From IMG/VR virus record IMGVR_UViG_3300044591_002613: a DNA stretch of 64,000 nucleotides; one strand, given 5' to 3'. The stretch's first letter is position 1. The number at the start of each line of letters is the position of its first letter. This DNA comes from a virus. The translations under genes were made by a program, and so were the position numbers. The notes beneath the pieces are model-generated. The model was given only the letters and a program-made list of their open reading frames with translations, did no database searches and was not told the origin of the DNA. Below, piece after piece: positions 9,743-19,002 of this stretch.

Positions 9743-10114
9743 TCAAACAAGTTCGTCAGGTACAAGGACAATCAGGGGGCGATTTTCTTCGAACTCTGCG
9801 TGGATTTCTGCTGCGCGATCATTTGTTTCGAGAACATTATCAATAAATGAACTTGCCGTTTCAGCAGAAACTTTGCGCCATCCACTCTTTCCACTTTTTC
9901 TTTTAATGAGTGCCTCGAAGCATGAATCGCCATAGTCAACATCCCTCATTCTTACTTTTGTGTATGCACAGTTAATGTCGCCCACAGTGAAATGCCCATT
10001 GCTCATCAAGGTGTACGCCTTGTATGTGAAATTGCTTTCTCCTCCACTCTTGCTATTAGTAGCTTTTTGGATCATGCGAACACCGAGCACAGAAACCTTG
10101 TTAACCGTCTTCAT
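9743..10114 (-). CDS. Hypothetical protein
   Basis: First ORF after sigma28-type promoter 10146. Confidence 0.65.
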   Translation of the reverse strand: MKTVNKVSVLGVRMIQKATNSKSGGESNFTYKAYTLMSNGHFTVGDINCAYTKVRMRDVDYGDSCFEALIKRKSGKSGWRKVSAETASSFIDNVLETNDRAAEIHAEFEENRPLIVLVPDELV

Positions 10115-10145
10115 ACTACCGTTCCTTTACTGTTGGGTGGCATTA

Positions 10146-10175
10146 TACTTATCGGAACCTTGGGGTCTAACTTTA
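10146..10175 (-). promoter_or_regulatory. sigma28-type promoter repeat 2
   Basis: TAAAGTTA-GACCCCAAGGT-TCCGATAA. Confidence 0.8.
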
Positions 10176-10595
10176 CAGGAAATTGGAAACAAATTGCTCA
10201 AGTTTTTGGTTGGCTACGTTCTCCTTATCAAAATGTGCAATACTAAGCAAGAAATTAAGCATCATCTCGCGGTCGTGCGATGTAGTGAAGAACGAAACCT
10301 GTGATCGAGTTTCAAAGTCGTTGCAATGCAGGTTCTTAAAAACCTCGTTAGCATCACACTTTAGATTGCCAAAGGATGCAAACGGGCCAAAGATTGGTGG
10401 ACAGTTTTTGGTCTTGAGTGTAAGTTCACCAACTTGTTTGTATCTGTTGAATATAAACACAACATCACATTTTGTAAGATCTTTTTCGGAAGTTTCATAA
10501 GCGCAGCCACCGCCAAGAGGTATGCTTCTAGTTTTTTCTAAATTCCAATAACAAATAAGACTGCGTTGATCATAAATAGGCTTGTGGTACTGCAT
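10173..10595 (-). CDS. Hypothetical protein
   Basis: GGAGG RBS; stop overlaps next promoter. Confidence 0.65.
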   Translation of the reverse strand: MQYHKPIYDQRSLICYWNLEKTRSIPLGGGCAYETSEKDLTKCDVVFIFNRYKQVGELTLKTKNCPPIFGPFASFGNLKCDANEVFKNLHCNDFETRSQVSFFTTSHDREMMLNFLLSIAHFDKENVANQKLEQFVSNFL

Positions 10596-10618
10596 GACTT
10601 ACTCCTCCTGCTTACATA

Positions 10619-10648
10619 TACTTATCGGAAGTGCGGAGTCTAACTTTA
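10619..10648 (-). promoter_or_regulatory. sigma28-type promoter repeat 3
   Basis: TAAAGTTA-GACTCCGCACT-TCCGATAA. Confidence 0.8.
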
Positions 10649-10830
10649 TAGCCACAACGAAATAAATTTGTCAAAATTGTTGTGTGTGTTCTTGAGTCTT
10701 CGTCCAGAGAGACTGCGTAAGTAGGCGGATGCATGCCTTGCTGTTCCAAGAAGTCAATATTGAAATATAGCATAGTTTGTTATCCTAAAATAAGAGGTTG
10801 CGTTGTTTTAGTACAAGATGTAGGTATATA

Positions 10831-11187
10831 TTAACAAGTACCGACATTTTGTTGATGACCATTCGGCTCTGCTAGTACGGCGCGGACTGTATATGACATA
10901 TTGCAACTATTTTTATAAATGTGTCCACTACTGCCACTGAAGTACCATACGCTATATGTATATGAAGTATCAAAGTACACCGAAGCCGTCCAGTAATATG
11001 TATCCTGACAACTCTTCCTGAACTCCTCGTTATGGTCATAAAGGTCACACCACTCACCGCGAGTCAGGAGGCGCAGGCCGCGTGTCTTTGCCCATTCCAT
11101 CGCCTCATCGTAGGTCATCTTGTCTTCCGGCTCGAAGTAACCGATACCGTCTATAGTCATGTAACTTAATTTGTAAACTGCTTTCAT
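10831..11187 (-). CDS. DUF1566/Lcl-like domain protein
   Basis: EA..WA...GLRLLT..E...L....YWTAS.....W.......VRAV. Confidence 0.7.
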   Translation of the reverse strand: MKAVYKLSYMTIDGIGYFEPEDKMTYDEAMEWAKTRGLRLLTRGEWCDLYDHNEEFRKSCQDTYYWTASVYFDTSYTYSVWYFSGSSGHIYKNSCNMSYTVRAVLAEPNGHQQNVGTC

Positions 11188-11891
11188 ACCGGCTCCTTCT
11201 CTACCTCGTAGTGCGTGACCACAAAGCGCAGTCCTACCAGACCGTCTTCCTTGTAGGCATACAGCCCACCCGTGCCGACGTATTGGTTGTTGCCCTTGAG
11301 TAGTTCCTGCAGTAGTCCTCTTGCCATACGCCGCAGGTCACCGATGCTTGGCGATTCAACCGAACCATGCCAAGTCCATTCAAGTGCTTTCATGGTACGA
11401 TGGACTAGCTCGAAGTCAAACTCGTCAAGAATCTCGTCAATTATTTCGGTACTCATTCCTCGTCCTCCGGTTCCCACATCAAAATTGTTGTGGATTTCTT
11501 CTTTTTTTGGATAGGTATTGATTGTGTACAACAGTTTAAATAATTGGTCTAATTCAATTGGTTTAGTATGAAATTTAGTTGATATAGATCTCGAGCCGTA
11601 ATCAACATGCCCACCCATACTTTGAATGCCTTGGGCATCTCCTCTTGGTATAAATTGGCGAAGAATATTGGCTATTTCTTCATATTGTTGCCTATTTAGA
11701 TCTAATGACATCCTTTCAAATTCTGCAAATATCAATGTTCCACCTCTCATCATAAAAAATATAGAAGCCGAATGAATAGACGTTTCGGCCACTTCTTTTA
11801 AGAAAGAAGCATGGATAGTGCAGTCGAATAAATCTTTTTTTAAGTGGGGAAACAGACTATTTGGTTTTAAATTCCAATAATAATGAGGCAT
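11184..11891 (-). CDS. Apparent in-frame fusion of two hypothetical genes (second starts at 11456)
   Basis: Internal GGAGG RBS and ATG at 11456; C-half is paralogous to 35321-35665. Confidence 0.6.
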   Translation of the reverse strand: MPHYYWNLKPNSLFPHLKKDLFDCTIHASFLKEVAETSIHSASIFFMMRGGTLIFAEFERMSLDLNRQQYEEIANILRQFIPRGDAQGIQSMGGHVDYGSRSISTKFHTKPIELDQLFKLLYTINTYPKKEEIHNNFDVGTGGRGMSTEIIDEILDEFDFELVHRTMKALEWTWHGSVESPSIGDLRRMARGLLQELLKGNNQYVGTGGLYAYKEDGLVGLRFVVTHYEVEKEPV

Positions 11892-11906
11892 AACTTTTCC
11901 TCCTAT

Positions 11907-11936
11907 TACTTATCGGAGGCAAGGGATCTAACTTTA
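11907..11936 (-). promoter_or_regulatory. sigma28-type promoter repeat 4
   Basis: TAAAGTTA-GATCCCTTGCC-TCCGATAA. Confidence 0.8.
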
Positions 11937-12302
11937 GGGCCAAAAGTTTTTAATATATCTATCTGCAAAATCATCCGCATCTTTTTCGGCTATTGCTTTA
12001 TCTTTATCATCGACACAATAGATATAATCTAAAAACTTTTTATTATCTGCCTGCCATGCGTGGCGATATTCATGTGCAAGTATCCAAGCAACTTTTTTGA
12101 TAGAGCGTGGATAATAAATCTCTCGGTCAGTTGATGCACAAACGTATATCTTTCTTTGTTTTGCATTGCAGCAACCATCTGTTTCTTTATTGATCCACCG
12201 TACAAACTCAACCTTCCACCCCTTCTCTTTCAAACGAAGGAGAAGGGGTTTCACCGCTGGATGGTTTCGTATTTCTTGCTTGTACTTTACAGTCCATCTC
12301 AT
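11934..12302 (-). CDS. HExxH zinc metallopeptidase-like protein
   Basis: ILAHEYRHAWQ ... AEKDADDFA. Confidence 0.75.
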   Translation of the reverse strand: MRWTVKYKQEIRNHPAVKPLLLRLKEKGWKVEFVRWINKETDGCCNAKQRKIYVCASTDREIYYPRSIKKVAWILAHEYRHAWQADNKKFLDYIYCVDDKDKAIAEKDADDFADRYIKNFWP

Positions 12303-12553
12303 TTCTGAAATGTCTTTGACAAAAGTTTGATGAACTGGGAAAAGTCAATGTTAGTTGGTTGTTCTACTTGCTGGCCGTTAACTTCATAAACCACTTCGTG
12401 CTGAAGGCTTCGATCATTAACGCGCAATGTAGTTTTGTCTTTGTGCAAACGCTTCACCGTAACTGTTCGCTTTTTTACATTAAACTCAAGGTACTCGTAG
12501 CTAAACCCTTCAACTGCGCGAATCAATTTTCTGAAAACTACTGCTTTCTTCAT
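12299..12553 (-). CDS. Hypothetical protein
   Basis: RBS; behind promoter 12583. Confidence 0.6.
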   Translation of the reverse strand: MKKAVVFRKLIRAVEGFSYEYLEFNVKKRTVTVKRLHKDKTTLRVNDRSLQHEVVYEVNGQQVEQPTNIDFSQFIKLLSKTFQK

Positions 12554-12582
12554 GCCGTACTCCTTTTTTGTTGGTGGCCATT

Positions 12583-12612
12583 TACTTATCGGAACTTGGA
12601 AATCTAACTTTA
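12583..12612 (-). promoter_or_regulatory. sigma28-type promoter repeat 5
   Basis: TAAAGTTA-GATTTCCAAGT-TCCGATAA. Confidence 0.8.
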
Positions 12613-13092
12613 GTCGTAACCGTAAAAATAATAATCATCCTCGTAAGACGTGTAGCGTGGTTCTGCTGGCGGCTCCTCTTGCTTTACTACCGGCTCTTGT
12701 TCTTTTGGGAAAAAGGCTTCATAAATTGTTGGGCAGGCAGAAACGATAGTCAACAAATCTAAAACATTAGGGCATGGTTGGCCTTTGAGCCAAACAAGGC
12801 CACCGTCTTCGTCTTGACCAACGGCCAGTCGCTTCTTTTGTTTTTTATTAGATTCATACATTTCAGTAAAAAGAGGATTGTCGTTCCAATTATCAATAAA
12901 GAAACGTATGTGTGTAACAAAAGACTGATAATCAGGAATAATTTTGTTTAGGTATTTAGCGGTCTGATAATGCTGACCCCCACCAGCCGCCAGTTGGTCT
13001 TTTATGTTAGCAGAAAGCACTGTCCAAGATTTATCTAATGTTTCCGAAGGCACTCTGATTTTGATGTCGCCTTGAAAGTCAATATATTTCAT
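12610..13092 (-). CDS. Hypothetical protein
   Basis: ORF; stop overlaps promoter. Confidence 0.6.
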   Translation of the reverse strand: MKYIDFQGDIKIRVPSETLDKSWTVLSANIKDQLAAGGGQHYQTAKYLNKIIPDYQSFVTHIRFFIDNWNDNPLFTEMYESNKKQKKRLAVGQDEDGGLVWLKGQPCPNVLDLLTIVSACPTIYEAFFPKEQEPVVKQEEPPAEPRYTSYEDDYYFYGYD

Positions 13093-13518
13093 TCACGCTC
13101 CTAACTGATAAATCTCGAACTTGTTCTTTTTACAATAAATGACGGGCAAGTCTAGCGTTACATTTCGTTGGTAAGTATGCTTACTCGTTAAGCCTTCAGC
13201 AATTAAGTCTCGCCGCACTGTGATATACACTTTTCCGTTTGTTGATAACAAGGCTTTTATATTATTTAATACTTGTTCTTGTTCGGAAACACTCATCACA
13301 TTTACCACAAACGTACACAGAATGGTATCGAACTTGCCTTCTGGCATTTGAGGTCGCCAATAAGGGTCATAGCCTTCGATGTTCAGCTCTTCGCAATCTT
13401 TGCCGTGTCCACACCCATAATCAAGAACACGGCCAGTCAATAACTTTTGTTGTCTCAGGAATCGGGCGGGAGCAGATATAGAATTACGTTTAATTGCGGT
13501 CTTATGGCTGTTGTTCAT
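13093..13518 (-). CDS. Class I SAM-dependent methyltransferase
   Basis: VLDYGCGHGKD motif I, GYDPY, FDTILCTFVVNV. Confidence 0.85.
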   Translation of the reverse strand: MNNSHKTAIKRNSISAPARFLRQQKLLTGRVLDYGCGHGKDCEELNIEGYDPYWRPQMPEGKFDTILCTFVVNVMSVSEQEQVLNNIKALLSTNGKVYITVRRDLIAEGLTSKHTYQRNVTLDLPVIYCKKNKFEIYQLGA

Positions 13519-13928
13519 ACGCACTCCATAAGTTGCATCATAAACTTTCGACGAGTATCTTCGGAAAAATGTCTTTTTGTAACTTTAAGAGCGCGAACTA
13601 CTTCTTCCATTTTTGTTAAGAAAATTTCGCGGTTTTCTATCAATCGTCCTCTTTGCCCATAACCCCAATACGTCACAATATGATCAGTTTGCTCAAAAAT
13701 ATGTTTCATTTCAAGAAAAACATCATAACCAATACGCGCACTGCTATGAGTAAATTGCACAAGAGTTTTTTCTTGCCAACCATCTCTGGAGACACTCAGT
13801 TCGGCAGAAGCCGGTATCAACGGATTGCCAGGTTCTAAATATCTGCACTCATTTATTTCTATTCTGTAGACTCGTTTATTGGTTTGCTTGCAGTCTCTTA
13901 AGATTTTTACTTTGTAACTGCCAATCAT
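13515..13928 (-). CDS. Hypothetical protein, family D
   Basis: MIGSYKVKILRD..QTNKRVYRIEINEC; RHFSEDTR. Confidence 0.7.
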   Translation of the reverse strand: MIGSYKVKILRDCKQTNKRVYRIEINECRYLEPGNPLIPASAELSVSRDGWQEKTLVQFTHSSARIGYDVFLEMKHIFEQTDHIVTYWGYGQRGRLIENREIFLTKMEEVVRALKVTKRHFSEDTRRKFMMQLMECV

Positions 13929-13947
13929 TTGAGCCTCCGCTTATATT

Positions 13948-13977
13948 TACTTATCGGAAGTTCCAAGTCTAACTTTA
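13948..13977 (-). promoter_or_regulatory. sigma28-type promoter repeat 6
   Basis: TAAAGTTA-GACTTGGAACT-TCCGATAA. Confidence 0.8.
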
Positions 13978-14355
13978 TATATTTGATGTTAATTGACGCA
14001 ATAAACTTTCACGGGTTTTTTCGGAGAAAAGTCGTTTTTGCACAGGAATTTCCATGATTGCCTGTTTGGTTTTCATAAGTAAGGTTTCATGGTCAAGTAA
14101 TTCATTTGAAGTGTCAGGTCGGCCAAAATACCTGATTGCATTTTCAGGAAACTGGTCAACCATTTTATCTAGTAGCTCATAGCCAATTCTACGATTGTTG
14201 GTATAAAGTTTGATGACTGAATTTTCTTTATATTCCATAATGTTCGGAAATATTTCTTTATCTGTAGTAAAACACTCCGCAATTTCAATCAGATACCGTC
14301 GTTTGTTTTGTTGATCATAATCACGAAAAACTGTTAATTTATATCCGCCATTCAT
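13975..14355 (-). CDS. Hypothetical protein, family D
   Basis: MNGGYKLTVFRD..QQNKRRYLIEIAEC; RLFSEKTR; start moved downstream of promoter/RBS. Confidence 0.7.
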   Translation of the reverse strand: MNGGYKLTVFRDYDQQNKRRYLIEIAECFTTDKEIFPNIMEYKENSVIKLYTNNRRIGYELLDKMVDQFPENAIRYFGRPDTSNELLDHETLLMKTKQAIMEIPVQKRLFSEKTRESLLRQLTSNI

Positions 14356-14375
14356 CACAGGCTCCTCCTTATACT

Positions 14376-14405
14376 TACTTATCGGAGCTTTGGAATCTAA
14401 CTTAA
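14376..14405 (-). promoter_or_regulatory. sigma28-type promoter repeat 7
   Basis: TTAAGTTA-GATTCCAAAGC-TCCGATAA. Confidence 0.8.
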
Positions 14406-14845
14406 ATAAATTCCGCAACAGACTTAAATAAGTTTTTTGTTTTTCTGGGGGAATAGCAGAGGTCGGATGCAGCTTGGTTCAACGCCCAAATAATATCTTC
14501 GGTGGTAATGTCTTGTAGTTGTTCTTCCGATTCAATTTCAGAATTGTGTATTTCAATTGGTGCTAACTTCTTGTCATATGCTTTTACAAAATAGAAAAAG
14601 AACCGTCTAAGTTCTTTTTTGTTAGAAAATTTTATCTTAAATAAGAGGCTTTCTTTCTTTTGTTGACCGCTTTGAACTAAAAAGTTAAACCCATAGATCC
14701 AGTATTCATATTTTTCATAGTATGAACCAGCCTGAGATTTAGCGATTTGAGAACGGCTGTATGCCACACACTGATTATAGCTAAAATTGCTCCATCTTCG
14801 TTTGCTCCACAAATCATTTATATGATCAATCACCTGTTGTGGCAT
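14402..14845 (-). CDS. Hypothetical protein (family D-like C-terminus)
   Basis: ORF; stop overlaps promoter. Confidence 0.6.
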   Translation of the reverse strand: MPQQVIDHINDLWSKRRWSNFSYNQCVAYSRSQIAKSQAGSYYEKYEYWIYGFNFLVQSGQQKKESLLFKIKFSNKKELRRFFFYFVKAYDKKLAPIEIHNSEIESEEQLQDITTEDIIWALNQAASDLCYSPRKTKNLFKSVAEFI

Positions 14846-14854
14846 AACAACATC

Positions 14855-15064
14855 CTAATTCAAAATTGAGTGGGCAGCCAGTTTTCTAACCTTATTAGCT
14901 AAATCTTCGCGGTTGTGGTGTTCTAATAGAACGGCTAGCTGTTCTGCAGATTTAATATCTAAACATGTAAATTCTTCTGATTCAACTAGAGCTACACTTT
15001 TTACACTCAACTTTACTTCTTGATCATTTTCATCTATCGCAATAACAGTAATCATTTTTTTCAC
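14855..15064 (-). CDS. Hypothetical protein
   Basis: ORF in operon. Confidence 0.55.
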   Translation of the reverse strand: MKKMITVIAIDENDQEVKLSVKSVALVESEEFTCLDIKSAEQLAVLLEHHNREDLANKVRKLAAHSILN

Positions 15065-15085
15065 TCCTTAGGTGAATTGAGGGGT

Positions 15086-15361
15086 TCAAAAATTCTCATA
15101 ATTATAATAATTATTTTTATTGTTTTTTTCCAGCTCTTCTTGTTCAATTTGATCTTGAACATCAAGAATACGCATTATGATGTTTGAGTTGTGCTCTCGA
15201 GAGTCGAGAACTTCTTGAATAACAAGGCCGTCGTGGTCTTTTGGGTCAATTTCGGAAGCATGTTCAAGGATTTTAACCAGTAGTTGAGCATCGTTGGCAT
15301 TATCTTCAACGTCAATTTCAAGCGTGACGGGCATTGTAACAGTGACAGTTAGTTTTCTCAT
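15086..15361 (-). CDS. Hypothetical acidic protein
   Basis: GGAGG RBS behind promoter 15381. Confidence 0.65.
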   Translation of the reverse strand: MRKLTVTVTMPVTLEIDVEDNANDAQLLVKILEHASEIDPKDHDGLVIQEVLDSREHNSNIIMRILDVQDQIEQEELEKNNKNNYYNYENF

Positions 15362-15380
15362 AGCGAATCCTCCTTATATT

Positions 15381-15410
15381 TACTTATCGGAAGTTTGGAA
15401 TCTAACTTTA
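15381..15410 (-). promoter_or_regulatory. sigma28-type promoter repeat 8
   Basis: TAAAGTTA-GATTCCAAACT-TCCGATAA. Confidence 0.8.
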
Positions 15411-15412
15411 GC

Positions 15413-15892
15413 TTAAAAGTTGCTCATATAACTGTCAACAGCTTTTTGGCGATTCTTTTTACTAAAAGTTTTTGGTGGTAGAGTGTCAAGAGCATTTTGT
15501 AAGACTTGCATAAATTCTTCGTCGGATAAAAGCGTTCTGGCATTGATAATAAATTCATGGGGTTTGTCATTAAAATGGTATCCCCATTTTGATAATGTTA
15601 AACCGCTTGGCAGAAATTTTTCTACATTGCTCCAAATTCTTGAGCATGTGGGCCAATTTGCATCAATTGAAAATACAGTTTTTCTTTGCATACCAAAAAT
15701 CTTAATCAGAAAGTCAGATGCGCCGTAGTAATAAGCCACGGATGGTTCTGCCTGCTCATACGCTTTCCATTTTTCTTCGACAGATTCTGGGGAAAGATCA
15801 TCTACAATTTCTTTGTAGCAAAAAAGAGTATATTTATGGCTCGTGTTTTGGCTTCTGTTACGATTTATTGTTAATTGATAATAACCCTTCAT
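15413..15892 (-). CDS. Hypothetical protein, family D
   Basis: MKGYYQLTINRNRSQN...KTFSKKNR. Confidence 0.65.
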   Translation of the reverse strand: MKGYYQLTINRNRSQNTSHKYTLFCYKEIVDDLSPESVEEKWKAYEQAEPSVAYYYGASDFLIKIFGMQRKTVFSIDANWPTCSRIWSNVEKFLPSGLTLSKWGYHFNDKPHEFIINARTLLSDEEFMQVLQNALDTLPPKTFSKKNRQKAVDSYMSNF

Positions 15893-15913
15893 ATTAAATT
15901 TCCTCCTTATATT

Positions 15914-15943
15914 TACTTATCGGAGTTTTAGGTTCTAACTTTA
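15914..15943 (-). promoter_or_regulatory. sigma28-type promoter repeat 9
   Basis: TAAAGTTA-GAACCTAAAAC-TCCGATAA. Confidence 0.8.
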
Positions 15944-16273
15944 TAGTGTTGATGTAATAAAGTTTTCAACTTGTGGATAAATTATTTTATCGGAGAAAAA
16001 CCCCCATTCGTATTTATCTTCAGATATATGCTTTAGTTCATGTAGCAGTTCTTCAACGGAAGAGGAATGATAAATAACGTATGCCGTTTTGAATTTGCCG
16101 ATTGTCCACTTTAAATCAGCTTTTCCTGGCCACATGTATTCTATATGAGCGTATCCGTCAACGCCCATAATTAGTTGTTTCCCATTCTGCAAAAGAAGTG
16201 GGTTTTCGGAACGGGCGAGCCAGATCTTTTTTAGCTTTTTACTGTAATTATCTTGTAAAAGATAATAATTCAT
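15941..16273 (-). CDS. Hypothetical protein
   Basis: ORF; stop overlaps promoter. Confidence 0.6.
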   Translation of the reverse strand: MNYYLLQDNYSKKLKKIWLARSENPLLLQNGKQLIMGVDGYAHIEYMWPGKADLKWTIGKFKTAYVIYHSSSVEELLHELKHISEDKYEWGFFSDKIIYPQVENFITSTL

Positions 16274-16476
16274 CGCTTGATCTTGTATGTTAGTTTGTTA
16301 GGTTCAATCTTAACCACTTCGGCAGCGCGGTCAAACCTTTCTAAGTCGCCCTCAATTTCGGATCTAAACAAGCCCGTCAGCAATTCCACTTCATAAATAT
16401 CGGTGAACTTAAAATCACTGAGGGTACTTTCAACCAATTTAGCGCGGTTAAAATCAACCATGTTTTTAAGTTTCAT
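16270..16476 (-). CDS. Hypothetical protein
   Basis: Overlapping operon ORF. Confidence 0.55.
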   Translation of the reverse strand: MKLKNMVDFNRAKLVESTLSDFKFTDIYEVELLTGLFRSEIEGDLERFDRAAEVVKIEPNKLTYKIKR

Positions 16477-16792
16477 CTTTTACAATATCCTCATGCGTAT
16501 CTTTTATGAATGGATCTAAATTCGTATTCATTAGCTTGTCCATAAAACTATTTGCAGCTCTGTACGCCATCTCTCGAACCTCGTCATCGCTGCTGGAATA
16601 TATTTTTACAAATTCATCTTTTTCGTATTGTTTGACAAAAGCGTTTGCCATATCTAATACCCACAGTTCTCGAAAAGATGGATATTGTTCAAACGTCTCT
16701 CGTACTTCTTTCACCAAAGATGCGTAAATCGAAATGGTAGAAAATCCTAACTCTGTAAAAAACTTGCGAGCCATAAGAATGCAACCACCCAA
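16466..16792 (-). CDS. Hypothetical protein
   Basis: Operon ORF; start uncertain. Confidence 0.55.
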   Translation of the reverse strand: MGGCILMARKFFTELGFSTISIYASLVKEVRETFEQYPSFRELWVLDMANAFVKQYEKDEFVKIYSSSDDEVREMAYRAANSFMDKLMNTNLDPFIKDTHEDIVKDET

Positions 16793-16926
16793 ATCATGAT
16801 TTTAAATAAAAAAACGCCTAAGTTAAAAACTAATTCTGGTAATTGATTTTCTTTTTCTTCTTCATTATCTTGCACGTTACCTCCCTATGATTGGAGCAGT
16901 GCGATTGGCGGGAAATTGCTCCGATA

Positions 16927-16956
16927 TACTTATCGGAGGTTTTGGTTCTAACTTTA
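16927..16956 (-). promoter_or_regulatory. sigma28-type promoter repeat 10
   Basis: TAAAGTTA-GAACCAAAACC-TCCGATAA. Confidence 0.8.
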
Positions 16957-17544
16957 ATAAAATTCGCAAAAAACATTAAAAGAAACAGACACTTTATTCC
17001 CATCTGTTGAGGGAGAATAATGTTTTAATGACGAGGGAAATAAAAAAGTTTCTCCTTCTTGTGCATAATTTGTATTATGTAATTTTTCAAAATCTAAACA
17101 ACCATCGGGAGAAGAAAACGCAGTCAGATTTTTGCCTTCTAAATTTAGAAGATAAAAACCGCTTATTTTAATTTTTTTAAAGAAAACAGATTCACCGTGG
17201 TCATGTAAATAAACATGATCTCCAGTGTCATAAACATTCCACCATATTTTATTCAAACCAGCGGTTTTAATTTCTTGGTTTTTGTAAATTTGGTGTTTGC
17301 GGAGCAGTTCATTTAATGGTTCAAAAATAACATTATCAAAGAAAAATTTATCAAAAACGCTTGGCGGTTTTTCAATGTTTGAATGACATAAATTGGTTTT
17401 TCTTCCACCAAAATAATATTCATCTTTTAATTTATTTTTTTCAAATTCTTCTAATATCTTAGGAAGATATATTTGCTTTACCTCTTCATGCCTGTTCACT
17501 TTTGTGTGGAAGACAAAGGGGGGTGTAAACTCAAATATATCCAT
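16954..17544 (-). CDS. 2OG-Fe(II) oxygenase (TIGR02466-like)
   Basis: WWNVY..GD...HDH..ISG..YL..EG...LFPSSLKH..SVSFN. Confidence 0.85.
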   Translation of the reverse strand: MDIFEFTPPFVFHTKVNRHEEVKQIYLPKILEEFEKNKLKDEYYFGGRKTNLCHSNIEKPPSVFDKFFFDNVIFEPLNELLRKHQIYKNQEIKTAGLNKIWWNVYDTGDHVYLHDHGESVFFKKIKISGFYLLNLEGKNLTAFSSPDGCLDFEKLHNTNYAQEGETFLFPSSLKHYSPSTDGNKVSVSFNVFCEFY

Positions 17545-17560
17545 ATTTCCTCTTTTATGT

Positions 17561-18298
17561 TTATTTTGGTGTTAAAATCTGCCGTTGTCCTTGACCACCC
17601 CCACCTGCGCCACCATAAACAAGAGGACAAGCGGCTTTTTTAGTTTCTTGGACAGGAGGTGTTGCGAGCAGTTCTTGAGAACATGTTACAAGAACGATTT
17701 TGTCTGCAGTTTTGTTTTTAATTGCATCTTCGCCAACAATCCACCAATCGTGAGCAATTTTTTCTTGGAGTTCTTTTACAGTTAATCCAAGCCGTTTAGC
17801 TATTTGAGCATCCATCACATCTACAAGGCGTTTCACAAAGGCAATTTGTGAATCCATGCTTCTTAGCTGACCCCGTGTACCGCCACTTACCTGATGGTGC
17901 ATCAAGATGGTGGTTGGAGCAACAAACCTGTCATCGCAAGCGGCCTGAAGAAAGTAAAAGGCCATAGAAGCAGCCGAACCGACCAAGCAAGTGACTCGAA
18001 GATTTGAGTTTGCAGCTTTGGCTGCGCGAACAGTCTCGATTGCTCTAAGGCCGTCCATGACGCTTCCGCCAGGAGAATCAATATAAACAGTGATTTCGTT
18101 TGAACTTTGGCTCAAAAAGTCTCTAATAAACCTAGAAACGCTATCCGTATTAAACTCTTCTGTAAATGTAACAAAAGAATTAGGTTTTAAGACCACAACC
18201 TCTGGCTGCTGTGGAGGTGGTTGTACTTCTGTTTTTGCCGCAGCAATAGCAGAAGCACTTAAAAGACTAAATGCAACAAGTTTCTTAAAAAAGTTCAT
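17561..18298 (-). CDS. clpP: ClpP-family protease with N-terminal signal peptide
   Basis: IDSPGGSV, AASMA (Ser), MHHQ (His), HDWW (Asp); N-terminus MNFFKKLVAFSLLSASAIAA. Confidence 0.85.
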   Translation of the reverse strand: MNFFKKLVAFSLLSASAIAAAKTEVQPPPQQPEVVVLKPNSFVTFTEEFNTDSVSRFIRDFLSQSSNEITVYIDSPGGSVMDGLRAIETVRAAKAANSNLRVTCLVGSAASMAFYFLQAACDDRFVAPTTILMHHQVSGGTRGQLRSMDSQIAFVKRLVDVMDAQIAKRLGLTVKELQEKIAHDWWIVGEDAIKNKTADKIVLVTCSQELLATPPVQETKKAACPLVYGGAGGGGQGQRQILTPK

Positions 18299-18664
18299 GC
18301 AAGATTCTCCTTATTAAACCAAGTTAACAAGAAGAGGTTACAAAAACAATGCTAGAAATTGCCATCTAGCTCATCTTTTGTTAGATAACCACCATTTTTA
18401 TGCAGATATTCTAAAAAGTCCCCAAGTCGTTCTGCCTTACGTTGTATTTCTCGACTGGCTAATAGCATTTCTATGCTATCTTTGTAATGCAAGTTATCGG
18501 TGGATACAGAAAGTTCATATATTTTATTGACGATGTTCTGCTTTGTTTCTTTGATTGTTAACTCTATTTGCACACCATCCTCCAAGAAAACTTATTATGA
18601 ACACATAAACAAAAATCAAAACTGTTAAAATCAACGGCTGCCATATAAAAAACATAACCGCACC

Positions 18665-18988
18665 TCAAATACGGCTTGGATCTAAAATCAATATCAGTTT
18701 TTCAATTTTTGCAACTAATTCTTCACAGGAAACTTTAGTCTTTTCAAAATGGGGATAAATTTCATAGTAAAAATTCACTTTGTCGCTATCCGAGATGCTT
18801 TTCAGCACCGAAATATTTTCAGACAACTCTTTCGAAGTATATTTTGCTGTGTTCTCTGGCATGTTTTCTTCGGAATAATAAAATCTAAATAACACTTCTG
18901 TATTTTCTGGAACTTTAATTACAATCTCCGCAGGATTGTTGATAAAAAGCCTACTTGTATTGATAGTAGGATACGTTTCGAGCTTCAT
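18665..18988 (-). CDS. Hypothetical protein
   Basis: GGAGG RBS behind promoter 19010. Confidence 0.65.
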   Translation of the reverse strand: MKLETYPTINTSRLFINNPAEIVIKVPENTEVLFRFYYSEENMPENTAKYTSKELSENISVLKSISDSDKVNFYYEIYPHFEKTKVSCEELVAKIEKLILILDPSRI

Positions 18989-19002
18989 GCTGTTCCTCCC
19001 AT

